A DNA stretch of 64,000 bases, from contig CAYYIK010000001.1 of assembly GCA_964471955.1 (NCBI GenBank), positions 89,912 to 153,911 of the forward strand, written 5' to 3'. The first letter of the stretch is position 1. Every line of letters starts with the position of its first letter. Source of the stretch: an uncultured Thermoanaerobaculia bacterium. GTDB taxonomy: Bacteria > Acidobacteriota > Thermoanaerobaculia > Multivoradales > JAGPDF01. Shown here in pieces: positions 10,238 to 18,450 of the stretch. The position numbers were made by a program, and so were the translations under genes. Under the pieces are notes generated by a model. That model was given only the letters and a program-made list of their open reading frames with translations. It made no database searches and was not told the DNA's origin.

Positions 10238-11099
10238 GCTGGTCCTCATCACCGGCCTCTCCGGATCGGGGAAGAGCACGGTGGGCAATTGCCTCGAGGA
10301 CCTCGGCTACGCCGTGGTGGCGAATCTGCCGCTGCCGATGCTCGAGGCGTTCTTGCGGGCTCCCGTGGATCTGACGGGAGGCCGTGACCGGATCGCGGTG
10401 GTGGCCGACCTGCGCGCCCCGGGGTTCGCCACCGAAGCGGTCCGGCTCTGGAGGTCGATCGATCGCCGCGTCATCGCGCCGACGCTGGTCTTTCTCGAGA
10501 GCTCGGACGAAGCGCTCGTCCGGCGATTCTCCGAGACCCGGCGGCCGCATCCGCTCGGCACGGAGAGGCCGGTGCTGGACGAGGTGCGCCGCGAGCGCGC
10601 GCTGCTGGCCGACCTGCGCGGCGAAGCGGACGTCGTCCTCGACACATCGGACTGGTCGGTTCACGACATCCGCAGTTTCGTCTTCCGCCAGTTCGGCCGC
10701 GACGCCGGACACGAGCCGGCCATGGCGATCACGCTTCTCAGCTTCGGGTTCAAGCACGGCTGTCCGCCGGGAGCGGACCTGCAGTTCGACGTGCGCTTCC
10801 TTCCCAACCCGCATTTCGTCCCCGGTCTGCGCGACTCGACCGGTCTCGACCAGCCGGTCCTCGATTACCTGGCGGCGCAGCCGGACTACGCGGCACTGGT
10901 CGATCGCCTCGCGCAGCTCCTCGCCTTCCTGCTGCCGCGCTACCAGCAGGAGAACCGGAGCTACCTGACAATCGCCGTGGGTTGTACCGGAGGACGACAC
11001 CGATCCGTCGCGGTGGTCGAGCGACTGGCCGATGCCCTGGCCGGCGGCGGCTGGCAACTGAGGCGGGTTCACCGTGAGCTGGAGAGGGAGGGCCGGTGA
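10206..11099 (+). CDS. rapZ: RNase adapter protein RapZ (P-loop NTPase, YhbJ family)
   Basis: LVLITGLSGSGKSTVGNCLEDLGY, FLESSDEALVRRFSETRR.HPL and C-terminal AVGCTGGRHRSV. TTG start overlaps the hprK 3' end, so the start is somewhat uncertain. Confidence 0.88.
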   Translation: MSGTARESPARLVLITGLSGSGKSTVGNCLEDLGYAVVANLPLPMLEAFLRAPVDLTGGRDRIAVVADLRAPGFATEAVRLWRSIDRRVIAPTLVFLESSDEALVRRFSETRRPHPLGTERPVLDEVRRERALLADLRGEADVVLDTSDWSVHDIRSFVFRQFGRDAGHEPAMAITLLSFGFKHGCPPGADLQFDVRFLPNPHFVPGLRDSTGLDQPVLDYLAAQPDYAALVDRLAQLLAFLLPRYQQENRSYLTIAVGCTGGRHRSVAVVERLADALAGGGWQLRRVHRELEREGR

Positions 11100-11527
11100 T
11101 CGGGATCCTCATCGTCACCCACGGCCGCCTGGCCGAGGAGCTGCTCGCCGCGGGGCGGGTGATCGCGGGGGAGCTGCCGAACTTCCGCGCGCTCGCCCTC
11201 GAGTGGGCGGACGATCTGGAGTCGGCGGGTCGCAAGATCGCCGCCGCCATCACCGACCTTGACCAGGGAGAGGGCGTCCTCGTGCTCACCGACATGTTCG
11301 GCGACACCCCGTCGAATGCCACCCTGGCGCTGCGCGATCGGTTTCGCATCGAGATCATCTCCGGCGTCAATCTCCCGATGGTGGTCCGACTGGGCTGTTC
11401 CCGCACGGCCACGCAGTCCCTCGCCGAGACGGCCCGCTGGCTCGAGGTCAAGGGACGCCGCAGCATCTGCCGCGCCACCGGCGAGCCGAGTCCGCCCTCC
11501 GGCGAGGAGCCGACCGGTGATGACTGA
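11096..11527 (+). CDS. PTS EIIA component, mannose/fructose family (soluble, no cognate IIB/C/D here)
   Basis: MIGILIVTHGRLAEEL (phospho-His10 context), VLVLTDMFGDTP and ISGVNLPM. GTGA overlap with rapZ. Confidence 0.85.
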   Translation: MIGILIVTHGRLAEELLAAGRVIAGELPNFRALALEWADDLESAGRKIAAAITDLDQGEGVLVLTDMFGDTPSNATLALRDRFRIEIISGVNLPMVVRLGCSRTATQSLAETARWLEVKGRRSICRATGEPSPPSGEEPTGDD

Positions 11528-11792
11528 ATCCCGCATCGAAGTCGTCAATCAGCTCGGTCTCCACGCCAGGGCCGCGGCCAAGCTCGTGCAGCTGGCCTCG
11601 ACGTTCTCCAGCCGCAGCGTGCTGCTCTTCGAGGACGGCGAGGAGATCGACGCCAAGAGCATTCTCGGCATCCTGGGGCGCGGGGCTCCCCAGGGGACGA
11701 TTCTGGTGGTGCGCTGCGAGGGCAGCGACGAGCGTGAGGCCCTCGCGGCGATCTCCGCTCTGTTCGCCGACCGCTTCGGCGAGGGGCGCTGA
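11520..11792 (+). CDS. ptsH: Phosphocarrier protein HPr
   Basis: 90 aa. GLHARAA (His15 site) and AKSILGI (Ser46 site, the HprK target). ATG at 11520 lies inside the larger ORF 11259..11792. Confidence 0.92.
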   Translation: MTESRIEVVNQLGLHARAAAKLVQLASTFSSRSVLLFEDGEEIDAKSILGILGRGAPQGTILVVRCEGSDEREALAAISALFADRFGEGR

Positions 11793-11795
11793 GCC

Positions 11796-13568
11796 ATGAT
11801 GTCACCGCGTACCCGCACTCGCCGACTGCGCGGCATCGGAGTCTCCGACGGAATCGCCATCGGACGCGCCGTCGTCGTCGCCCGCCGCGAAGGCGAGGTC
11901 TTCCGGATCCCGATTCCCGACGCCGAGATCGAGCAGGAGGTGGAACGCCTGCGTGCCGCCTGCGAGGAGACCAAGCGCGGCATCCAGCGAACGCGCAACA
12001 GCGCCGGGCAGCTGTTCGGCCAGGAGCTCGCCGCGATCTTCGACGCCCACCAGCTGATGCTCGGCGACCGTTCCTTCATCACCGAGATCGAGCGACGAAT
12101 CCGGCGCGACCACGTCAACGCCGAGTGGGCGGTTCACGAGTCGTCGCTCGAACTGGCGCGCAAGTTCGCCCGCATCGACGATGAGTACCTGCGCGAGCGG
12201 GGACAGGACCTCGAGGACGTCTCCCGGCAGCTGCTGCGCACGCTGCAGGGAATTTCCCAGCATGAGGTCTCCGAGGTCGCCGGCGACGTCATCCTCGTGG
12301 CCGACGACATCGTTCCTTCGGAGGCGATCCGGCTCGGGCGCGCCAACGTGGTCGGGTTCGTCATCGAGGCGGGGGGCCGGACCTCCCACACCTCGATCAT
12401 CGCCCGCTCGCTCGGCATCCCCGCGGTGGCGGGGGTCGAGGGAATCACCGGCATGGTGACCAACGAGGACCCGATCGTCGTCGACGGACGCGAGGGGCTC
12501 GTCGTCCTCCATCCCCTGCCCGAGACGCTGGCGAAGTACTCCGGGGAGCAGGCAGCCGAGAAGAGCCTCGAGGCGGCGACCGCGCCGACCGCCCGCGAAG
12601 AGGTCGTCGTCACCCGCGACGGGGCCGAGATCGAACTGCTGGCGAACATCGACCTGCCCGAGGAGATCGACGAGTTCGTCGCCAGCGGAGCGCGCGGAAT
12701 CGGTCTCTATCGCAGCGAGTTCCTCTACATGGAGACCGATCCCCAGCTGCCGACCGAAGAGGACCACCTGCGCATCTACCGGCGACTCATCGAGGCCGCC
12801 GCGCCGTTTCCGGCGACCATCCGGACCTACGATCTGGGCGGACGCAAGCTGGCCCGCGAAATGATGGAGAGCGCCGAGGAGAACCCGGTCCTCGGTCTGC
12901 GTGGCATCCGCCTGACCCTCGCCCGGCCGCAGATCTTCCGGATCCAGTTGCGCGCGTTGTTGCGCGCCGGTCTGCACGGAAACCTCTGGGTCATGGTTCC
13001 GCTGGTGAGCCGGGTGGAGGAGATCCGGGAACTGCGCGCGGCGCTGGCGGAAGTTACCGCCGAGCTCGAGCGCGAAGGCGTGCCCTTCGGCCGCGAGCCG
13101 CGAATCGGCATCATGATCGAGGTTCCCGCCGCTGCGGTGCTCGCCGACGTGCTGGCCCGCGAGGTCGACTTCTTCGCCATCGGAACCAACGATCTGATCC
13201 AGTACTCGCTCGCCGTGGACCGCAACAACCGCCAGGTCGCCCACCTCTACGAGCCGCTGCATCCGGCCATTCTCCGCATGCTACGCTCGGTGATCGCGAG
13301 CGGGCGGGCGGCGGGAATCCCCGTCAGCCTGTGCGGCGAAATGGGCGGCGACGAAAGATACTTCCCGGTCCTCCTCGGTCTCGGCCTGCGGCGTTTCTCG
13401 GTCCATCCGCGGGCGGTGGCGCGACTGCGCAGGCTGGCTTCGCGGTGCGATGCCGGCGCGCTGGCGCCGATCGCCGACGCCTGCTGCGACATGGCGACGG
13501 CAGGCGAGGTCGAGAAGTTTCTGCGCAGCCGCCCGGTCACGGCGCTGGTTCAACGAGAGGCGAAATGA
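11796..13568 (+). CDS. ptsI: Phosphoenolpyruvate-protein phosphotransferase (PTS Enzyme I)
   Basis: GGRTSHTSIIARSLGIPAV (active His), GIGLYRSEFLYM and FFAIGTNDLIQY motifs. Confidence 0.95.
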   Translation: MMSPRTRTRRLRGIGVSDGIAIGRAVVVARREGEVFRIPIPDAEIEQEVERLRAACEETKRGIQRTRNSAGQLFGQELAAIFDAHQLMLGDRSFITEIERRIRRDHVNAEWAVHESSLELARKFARIDDEYLRERGQDLEDVSRQLLRTLQGISQHEVSEVAGDVILVADDIVPSEAIRLGRANVVGFVIEAGGRTSHTSIIARSLGIPAVAGVEGITGMVTNEDPIVVDGREGLVVLHPLPETLAKYSGEQAAEKSLEAATAPTAREEVVVTRDGAEIELLANIDLPEEIDEFVASGARGIGLYRSEFLYMETDPQLPTEEDHLRIYRRLIEAAAPFPATIRTYDLGGRKLAREMMESAEENPVLGLRGIRLTLARPQIFRIQLRALLRAGLHGNLWVMVPLVSRVEEIRELRAALAEVTAELEREGVPFGREPRIGIMIEVPAAAVLADVLAREVDFFAIGTNDLIQYSLAVDRNNRQVAHLYEPLHPAILRMLRSVIASGRAAGIPVSLCGEMGGDERYFPVLLGLGLRRFSVHPRAVARLRRLASRCDAGALAPIADACCDMATAGEVEKFLRSRPVTALVQREAK

Positions 13569-13918
13569 AATTTCCGGTCCGTCGCGTCGACAAACCCTGG
13601 GGATACGAGCTGATCTTCGCCCACACCGAGCGGTACGTCGGGAAGTTGCTCCATATCGAACCGGGTCAGGCTCTCTCCCTGCAGTACCACGAAGCCAAGG
13701 ACGAGACCTTCTTCGTGGCGCGCGGTGAGATCGAGCTGCAAGTGGAGGAGGACGGCGAAATGCGGTCTCGCCCGCTGCACGAGGGCGAGTCCTACCACGT
13801 GGTCCCGCCGACCCGCCACCGGATGGTCGCCGGTCCGGCCGGATGCGACCTCTTCGAAGTCTCCACTCCCGAGCTCGAGGACGTGGTCCGGCTGGAGGAC
13901 CGGTATGGGCGGATCTGA
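13565..13918 (+). CDS. Cupin-domain protein (mannose-6-phosphate-isomerase type II-like cupin)
   Basis: KPWGYE...GK.L.I..GQ.LSLQYHE.K.ET and H...PP..H cupin motifs. ATGA overlap with ptsI. Confidence 0.8.
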   Translation: MKFPVRRVDKPWGYELIFAHTERYVGKLLHIEPGQALSLQYHEAKDETFFVARGEIELQVEEDGEMRSRPLHEGESYHVVPPTRHRMVAGPAGCDLFEVSTPELEDVVRLEDRYGRI

Positions 13919-14678
13919 GCGACTTCTCGCCGCGGGTGCTCTCGCGCTGATCGCCGCGGGCTGCGCGTCCGCCGGCCGCGAGGCGAAGCCCGAACCGTTG
14001 CCGCCGCGCGCCGTCTCGGCCGTGCAGCCCGAACCGCCGCCACCCTCCGAGCCGCTGGTGGCCAATCCCGTGCCTCCGCCGACCGTCGTCATCCTCGACG
14101 AGGGCGCCGCCTCCGGAGGCGAGCCGGAGTCCCTCGCCGAAGCTTCGCGGCGGGCGAAAGCGGAACGGGAGCAGGCGCCACCGCCGGTGGTGGTGATCAC
14201 CGACAAGAACCTCGCCTCGTTCGTCGAGGGCGTACATCTGACGGTCGCCGAGCCGGCGCACGACGCGGCGAGCGCCGAACCGGTCCCGGAGGCGGCGGGA
14301 CTCGACGAGACGGAATGGCGCCGGCGCGGTCTCGAGATCCGCCAGCGCTGGAAGGACGCCGTCGAGGCGGTCGAGCGGCTGGAGGGGGAGGCGGCCGAGC
14401 TGCGTACCCGCTTCTATGCCGCCGACGATCCTTACGTGCGTGACGCCCGGATCAAACCGCAGTGGGACCGCGTCCTCGGCGAACTGGCCGAAGCCCGGCG
14501 GCGCGCCGAGGCCGGGCCGCGCGAGGTGGAGGAGTTCCTCGAGGAGGGGCGGCGCGCAGGTGCGCTTCCCGGCTGGCTGCGTTCCGGGTCCGAACTCGAA
14601 CCCGTCCCCGTCGTCCCGACGCTCGACGGAGCCGTGGCGATCGAGCCGGAGCCCGTGCCGGAACCCTCCGGGCCGTGA
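13905..14678 (+). CDS. Hypothetical lipoprotein (Pro-rich linker plus a coiled-coil-like C-terminal part)
   Basis: Start chosen at the lipobox signal MGGSERLLAAGALALIAAGCAS inside ORF 13725..14678. No family recognised. Confidence 0.6.
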   Translation: MGGSERLLAAGALALIAAGCASAGREAKPEPLPPRAVSAVQPEPPPPSEPLVANPVPPPTVVILDEGAASGGEPESLAEASRRAKAEREQAPPPVVVITDKNLASFVEGVHLTVAEPAHDAASAEPVPEAAGLDETEWRRRGLEIRQRWKDAVEAVERLEGEAAELRTRFYAADDPYVRDARIKPQWDRVLGELAEARRRAEAGPREVEEFLEEGRRAGALPGWLRSGSELEPVPVVPTLDGAVAIEPEPVPEPSGP

Positions 14679-16069
14679 GTCGTCCGCCCGCCCGCCGCCG
14701 CGTCTTCATCGAGACCTGGGGCTGCCAGATGAACGAGCTGGACACCCAGCGCATGACCGGTCTCCTCATGCAGCAGGGGATCCTGCCGACGCGCGAGGTG
14801 AGCGAGGCCGACCTCATCCTGCTCAACTCGTGCACGGTCCGCGAGAAGGCCGAGCAGAAGGTCTACTCCCGGCTCGGCGAGTACCGGCTGCTCAAGCGCG
14901 AGCGGCCGAGTCTGCGCATCGGGCTGTGCGGCTGCGTGGCGCAGCAGGAGGGGGAGCGGGCGCTCGAGCGGGTCGCCGATCTCGACTTCGTCCTCGGCCC
15001 GGCGCGGGTGGGGGAGATCGCGGCGCTGCTGCCGCGCCTCGAAGCGGGGGAGCGGGTGGTCGCCACCGGTTTTCCGGCCGAGCGGAGCTACGAGTTCGAT
15101 GCCATCGCCCGCGGCGAGGATTTCAAGGGGATGGTCACCGTCATCGAAGGGTGCGACAAGCGCTGCACGTTCTGCATCGTCCCCTCGACCCGCGGCCCCG
15201 AGCGCTGTCGGCCGCTCGCCGACGTGGTCGCGGAGGTGCGACACCTGCTGGCCTTCGGCTTTCGCGAGATCGAGCTGCTCGGCCAGACGGTCAACCACTG
15301 GCGGGGTGCGGGCGGCGAAGACTTCGCCGACCTGCTCGACGCCGTGGCGCCGCTGCCGGGCCTGGCACGCCTGCGTTTCATGACCTCCTTCCCGCGCGAC
15401 TTCACTCCCGCGATGGTCGACTGCTTCCGGCGTCACGCGAACCTCTGCGACTTCCTCCACCTGCCGGTCCAGTCGGGCTCGGATCGCGTGCTGAAGAGGA
15501 TGGGACGCGGGTACGCGATCGCCGAGTACGACGACCTGGTCGCCCGCATCCGGGAGGCCCGCCCGTCCGTCGCCCTGTCGACCGACCTGATCGTCGGATT
15601 TCCCGGCGAGACCGAGGAGGATTTCGCCCGGACGCTCGAGCTGGTCGAGCGGGTGCGCTTCGCCTCGCTCTTCGCCTTCCGCTACTCGCCGCGCCCCGGC
15701 ACGGCCGCGGTTCGCCTCGACGGCGCCGTGCCGGACGACGTGGCCCAGGAGCGCCTGCAGCGCCTGCTGGCCTCTCAGAACCGGATCCAGGCCACCCTCA
15801 ACGCCGAGCTGGCCGGACGCAGCTTCGACGTGCTGGTGACCGGCCCCGGCCGAGAGCCCGGCCGGAGAGTCGGCCGCACCTCCTGCAACCGGATCGTCCA
15901 CTTCGCGGCCGGCCCGGAAGCCGCTCCGGCGGGGGACCTGGTCCGGGTGCGCATCGACCGCCCCCTGCCGCACAGCCTCCTCGGCACCCTCGTCGGCTCC
16001 GGAGCCGACAGCTCCGCAACGGCGGCCGCCGACCTCCCACCGCGCCGCCGCCTGCCGATCCTCGCCTGA
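14675..16069 (+). CDS. miaB: tRNA-2-methylthio-N6-dimethylallyladenosine synthase (radical SAM methylthiotransferase)
   Basis: FIETWGCQMNELD, GCVAQ, radical-SAM CDKRCTFCIVP and a C-terminal TRAM-like segment. GTG start in a GTGA overlap with the upstream stop. Confidence 0.93.
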   Translation: MSRPPARRRVFIETWGCQMNELDTQRMTGLLMQQGILPTREVSEADLILLNSCTVREKAEQKVYSRLGEYRLLKRERPSLRIGLCGCVAQQEGERALERVADLDFVLGPARVGEIAALLPRLEAGERVVATGFPAERSYEFDAIARGEDFKGMVTVIEGCDKRCTFCIVPSTRGPERCRPLADVVAEVRHLLAFGFREIELLGQTVNHWRGAGGEDFADLLDAVAPLPGLARLRFMTSFPRDFTPAMVDCFRRHANLCDFLHLPVQSGSDRVLKRMGRGYAIAEYDDLVARIREARPSVALSTDLIVGFPGETEEDFARTLELVERVRFASLFAFRYSPRPGTAAVRLDGAVPDDVAQERLQRLLASQNRIQATLNAELAGRSFDVLVTGPGREPGRRVGRTSCNRIVHFAAGPEAAPAGDLVRVRIDRPLPHSLLGTLVGSGADSSATAAADLPPRRRLPILA

Positions 16070-16099
16070 AGCCCGATACCGACTGGTCGGAATTCAAGC

Positions 16100-16129
16100 A
16101 GGCAAGAGACTTCCATAGAAGGAAAGGCC
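16100..16129 (+). repeat. Motif copy A: AGGCAAGAGACTTCCATAGAAGGAAAGGCC
   Basis: Aligns with 26 matched positions (one gap on each side) to the reverse complement of 16489-16518, and shares the core AAGAG-CTTCC-NNN-GAAGGAAA with 16293-16319. Confidence 0.8.
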
Positions 16130-16292
16130 GCCTCTCCGGGCAATCGGCGGGTTTCCGCCGGCTCCCAGGCCCGCGAGCCGATCCGGCTTCGTTTGGCCCA
16201 CACGCAGGTCGCTGGTCGCCCGCCGATGCTGCCGGTGACGTTGGGCGTGACGAGGTCCGAGGCCTCTGAGTCGACCAGGGCAGGCGAAGACG

Positions 16293-16319
16293 AAGAGTCT
16301 TCCTGAGAAGGAAAAAGCC
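16293..16319 (+). repeat. Motif copy B: AAGAGTCTTCCTGAGAAGGAAAAAGCC (direct orientation relative to copy A)
   Basis: Core identity to copy A, read directly from the sequence (19 of 22 core positions). Confidence 0.7.
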
Positions 16320-16488
16320 GGGAACCGGGCTGGTCGGGTGTCGGCATCCTCGAAGGCGCCGGACGGAGTGTGCCACCAGAGCCTGATCTCAGCCGACCTG
16401 CTCGTCCTGACCTTGTTGTCGCGAACCGGCTTCGAGCAGCCTTCCGCACCAGGTCGACCAGCCACGCTTCGATCCGAGTGGCCTCTCA

Positions 16489-16518
16489 GGTCTTTTCATT
16501 CCATGGAAGTCTTTGCCT
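16489..16518 (-). repeat. Motif copy C (inverted): the reverse complement reads AGGCAAAGACTTCCATGGAATGAAAAGACC
   Basis: Inverted repeat partner of copy A about 390 nt away. Contains the perfect 10-nt palindrome TTCCATGGAA. Confidence 0.8.
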
Positions 16519-16591
16519 TGGCCTTTCGCCCGAAGCGACGGAGAGGGCGAGCGTGCGCGGAGAGGCGGATCGGGCCCTGCCGTCGCACTGG

Positions 16592-16621
16592 TATTAACGT
16601 CCGATAAGATAGATTATGTAA
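16592..16621 (-). promoter_or_regulatory. Putative minus-strand sigma-70-like promoter (TTACAT-N18-TTAATA) in an unusually AT-rich patch, pointing into the non-coding gap
   Basis: Reverse complement of 16616-16621 is TTACAT and of 16592-16597 is TTAATA. This is the only conspicuously AT-rich stretch I noticed in the window. Confidence 0.25.
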
Positions 16622-16647
16622 ACTAACAACCCGGGAGACAGCTCGGG
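16618..16647 (-). terminator. Intrinsic terminator of parB
   Basis: On the minus strand: CCCGAG-CTGTCT-CCCGGG hairpin (16630-16647) followed by TTGTTAGTTTAC, 27 nt after the parB stop. Confidence 0.6.
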
Positions 16648-16673
16648 CCTTCGCCGAAAGCTCCCCGGCGGTC

Positions 16674-17561
16674 CTACTCCTCCTTCGCCTGCCGGAGGTC
16701 TTCGAGAATCTGCTCGAGCGCCTGGATCAGATCGGTGCGGTCGACCGTGCTCTGGCGGAACGACAGCTGCAGCGCATAGCGCTTGTCCGGAGCGCGGAAC
16801 TTGAAGACGAACGGTTTGCGGCGCGGCGTCGTCCCCGGTCCGCGCCCCTCGGATCGGCTGCTCTCCCGAACGTCGTCGCGGGTCAGCCCCTCGCGGCCGA
16901 CCTTGTCGAGCATCGCCTTCATCCGGGCCGGTGTTCCCAGTTTGGCCACTTCGAGCAGCAGAGACCGGGAGCGGATTCCGAGGTCCGCGGCGGCGGTTCG
17001 GAGCTCGGCGGGAATCTGCAGCAGGGCCAGCGTCTCGGCGACCAGCGAGCGCGAGCGCCCTACGACCCTGGCGATGCGCTCCTGGGTGTAGCCGTGCAGC
17101 TCCCCGAGAGCCCGGTACCCTTCGGCCTCTTCGAACGGCGAGAGGTCGCGGCGCTGGAGGTTCTCGATCAGGGCGATCTCGAGCGCCTCCTCCTCGCTCA
17201 CATCGAGCTCGATCGCCGGAATCTCGAACAGCCCGGCCTCGAGGGCCGCTCTGTATCGCCGTTCCCCGGCGATCAGGCGGAATCCGGTCGGCGCGCCGCG
17301 CCGCTCGCCTTCGCCCGGAGCGGGCAACGGGCGGACCAGGATCGGCTCCAGCACCCCTTTTTCGCGAATCGAAGCGACGAGATCCGAAAGGTCCCCGACG
17401 TCGCTGCGCGGTTGGTTCGGATCGGGCTGAACGGCGGACAGCGGCAGGAGTCGGCCGACCGGTGCCTCGTGCCGGGTCGTCAGCTCGTCGACGAAGTGGG
17501 CGGAGTGACGCATCTTCACTCGCACCGGCAGCCCTCGCTTGGCGGTCCCGGGCTCAGACAC
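16674..17561 (-). CDS. parB: Chromosome partitioning protein ParB/Spo0J
   Basis: ParB-box motifs VQPDPNQPR, GVLEPILVRP and AGERRYRAA, plus an HTH region. Confidence 0.93.
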   Translation of the reverse strand: MSEPGTAKRGLPVRVKMRHSAHFVDELTTRHEAPVGRLLPLSAVQPDPNQPRSDVGDLSDLVASIREKGVLEPILVRPLPAPGEGERRGAPTGFRLIAGERRYRAALEAGLFEIPAIELDVSEEEALEIALIENLQRRDLSPFEEAEGYRALGELHGYTQERIARVVGRSRSLVAETLALLQIPAELRTAAADLGIRSRSLLLEVAKLGTPARMKAMLDKVGREGLTRDDVRESSRSEGRGPGTTPRRKPFVFKFRAPDKRYALQLSFRQSTVDRTDLIQALEQILEDLRQAKEE

Positions 17562-18312
17562 GGCTGAGTACCTCCTCCGAGAGTTTGTAGTACTCGTAAG
17601 CCCCCGTCGAGCGGGGCGCGAAGGAGAAGATCGACTCCTTGTACGCGGGACTCTCCTCCAGCCTGACGCTCTTGGTGATCACCGTCTCGAAGAGCTTGTC
17701 GCCGAAAACCTTGCGAATCTGGTCGATGATGTCGCGCGCCAGCAGGGTCCGCTTGTCGTGCAGCGTAATGACGGCGCCGAGAATCTGCAGCTGGGGGTTC
17801 GCCCGCGCCTTGACTTTGTCGATCGTCTCGAGCAGGTCGTCCGTCCCCTCGAGCGCGAAGTAGCTCGACTGGATGGGAATCAGCACGTGAGTCGACGCAA
17901 CCAGCGCGTTGACCGTGATGATGCCCAGGGTCGGCGGGGTGTCGATGACGATGAAATCGAAATCCCCCTGAATGGCCGCCAGGGCGTCCTTGAGTCGGAA
18001 GTGGCTGTCGATGTCGCCGAGCAGCTTGGCCTCGAGCTTCGCCAGGGAGATCGACGAGGGCGCCAGGACGAGGTTCGGCACCTTCTCCGCCGTCTGCAGA
18101 ATGCCGCTCATGCCGAGTCCACCGTCCGTCAACGCATCGAAGACGGACTTCTCGGTGCTATGGACGTCGATGAACGACATGGTGCTGTTCGCCTGTGGAT
18201 CGAGGTCGACGAGAAGGGTGCGGAGACCCTTCGAAGCGAGCGCGGCTGCGAGATTGATCGCCGTGGTCGTCTTGCCGACGCCGCCCTTCTGATTCGTGAT
18301 CGTCAGGATCAT
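17554..18312 (-). CDS. parA: Chromosome partitioning ATPase ParA/Soj
   Basis: Deviant Walker A NQKGGVGKTTTAINLA. Start set at MILTITNQ, because the 45-codon extension of ORF ..18447 has many A/T-ending codons, unlike the rest of the gene. Confidence 0.9.
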   Translation of the reverse strand: MILTITNQKGGVGKTTTAINLAAALASKGLRTLLVDLDPQANSTMSFIDVHSTEKSVFDALTDGGLGMSGILQTAEKVPNLVLAPSSISLAKLEAKLLGDIDSHFRLKDALAAIQGDFDFIVIDTPPTLGIITVNALVASTHVLIPIQSSYFALEGTDDLLETIDKVKARANPQLQILGAVITLHDKRTLLARDIIDQIRKVFGDKLFETVITKSVRLEESPAYKESIFSFAPRSTGAYEYYKLSEEVLSRV

Positions 18313-18450
18313 GGGAGTCGCGGCAGTGTACGCAACGAGCGTGGGGCGGTCAAGCGATCCCGCCCTCTCCGCAGGCTCTGTCGGCGCGCCGACAATGCGC
18401 GTAAAGCTTTGGAAAGATGGATCTTCTGGCCTCGTACCGAGATCCATCGG

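Noticed and set aside
15361-15380. Sigma-54-type -24/-12 promoter candidates (TGGCAC hits, for example CTGGCACGCCTGCGTTTC at 15361, and others near 721, 2871, 57348 and 61350).
   Set aside because: All lie inside coding regions, and none has the TTGC(A/T) -12 element at the required 4-5 nt spacing.
16095-16520. RNase P RNA hypothesis for the miaB-parB spacer. GAAGGAAAGGCCG resembles the P4 5' strand GAGGAAAGUCCGG, and CGCGAACCGGCUUC resembles ACAGAACCCGGCUUA.
   Set aside because: The other universally conserved regions (the GGUAAG-containing CR-II, the CR-III/IV blocks, and an exact AGUCCGGGC) are absent on both strands, and the spacing does not fit. I also found no tmRNA ends (GGGG…UUCGA…CCACCA) and no SRP GGAA-tetraloop domain IV. 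I left it as an unclassified candidate.
18313-18447. The 45-codon N-terminal extension of parA given by the ORF track (start 18447).
   Set aside because: Many codons in the extension end in A/T, unlike the GC3-rich body of the gene. ParA/Soj proteins normally begin a few residues before the KGGVGKTT loop, so the region is treated as the parAB promoter/leader.
16674-18450. Looked for a parS site (TGTTTCACGTGAAACA-like palindrome) in and around parAB and the adjacent spacers.
   Set aside because: No close match was seen by eye. The TTCCATGGAA-type palindromes in the 16.1-16.5 kb spacer do not resemble parS.
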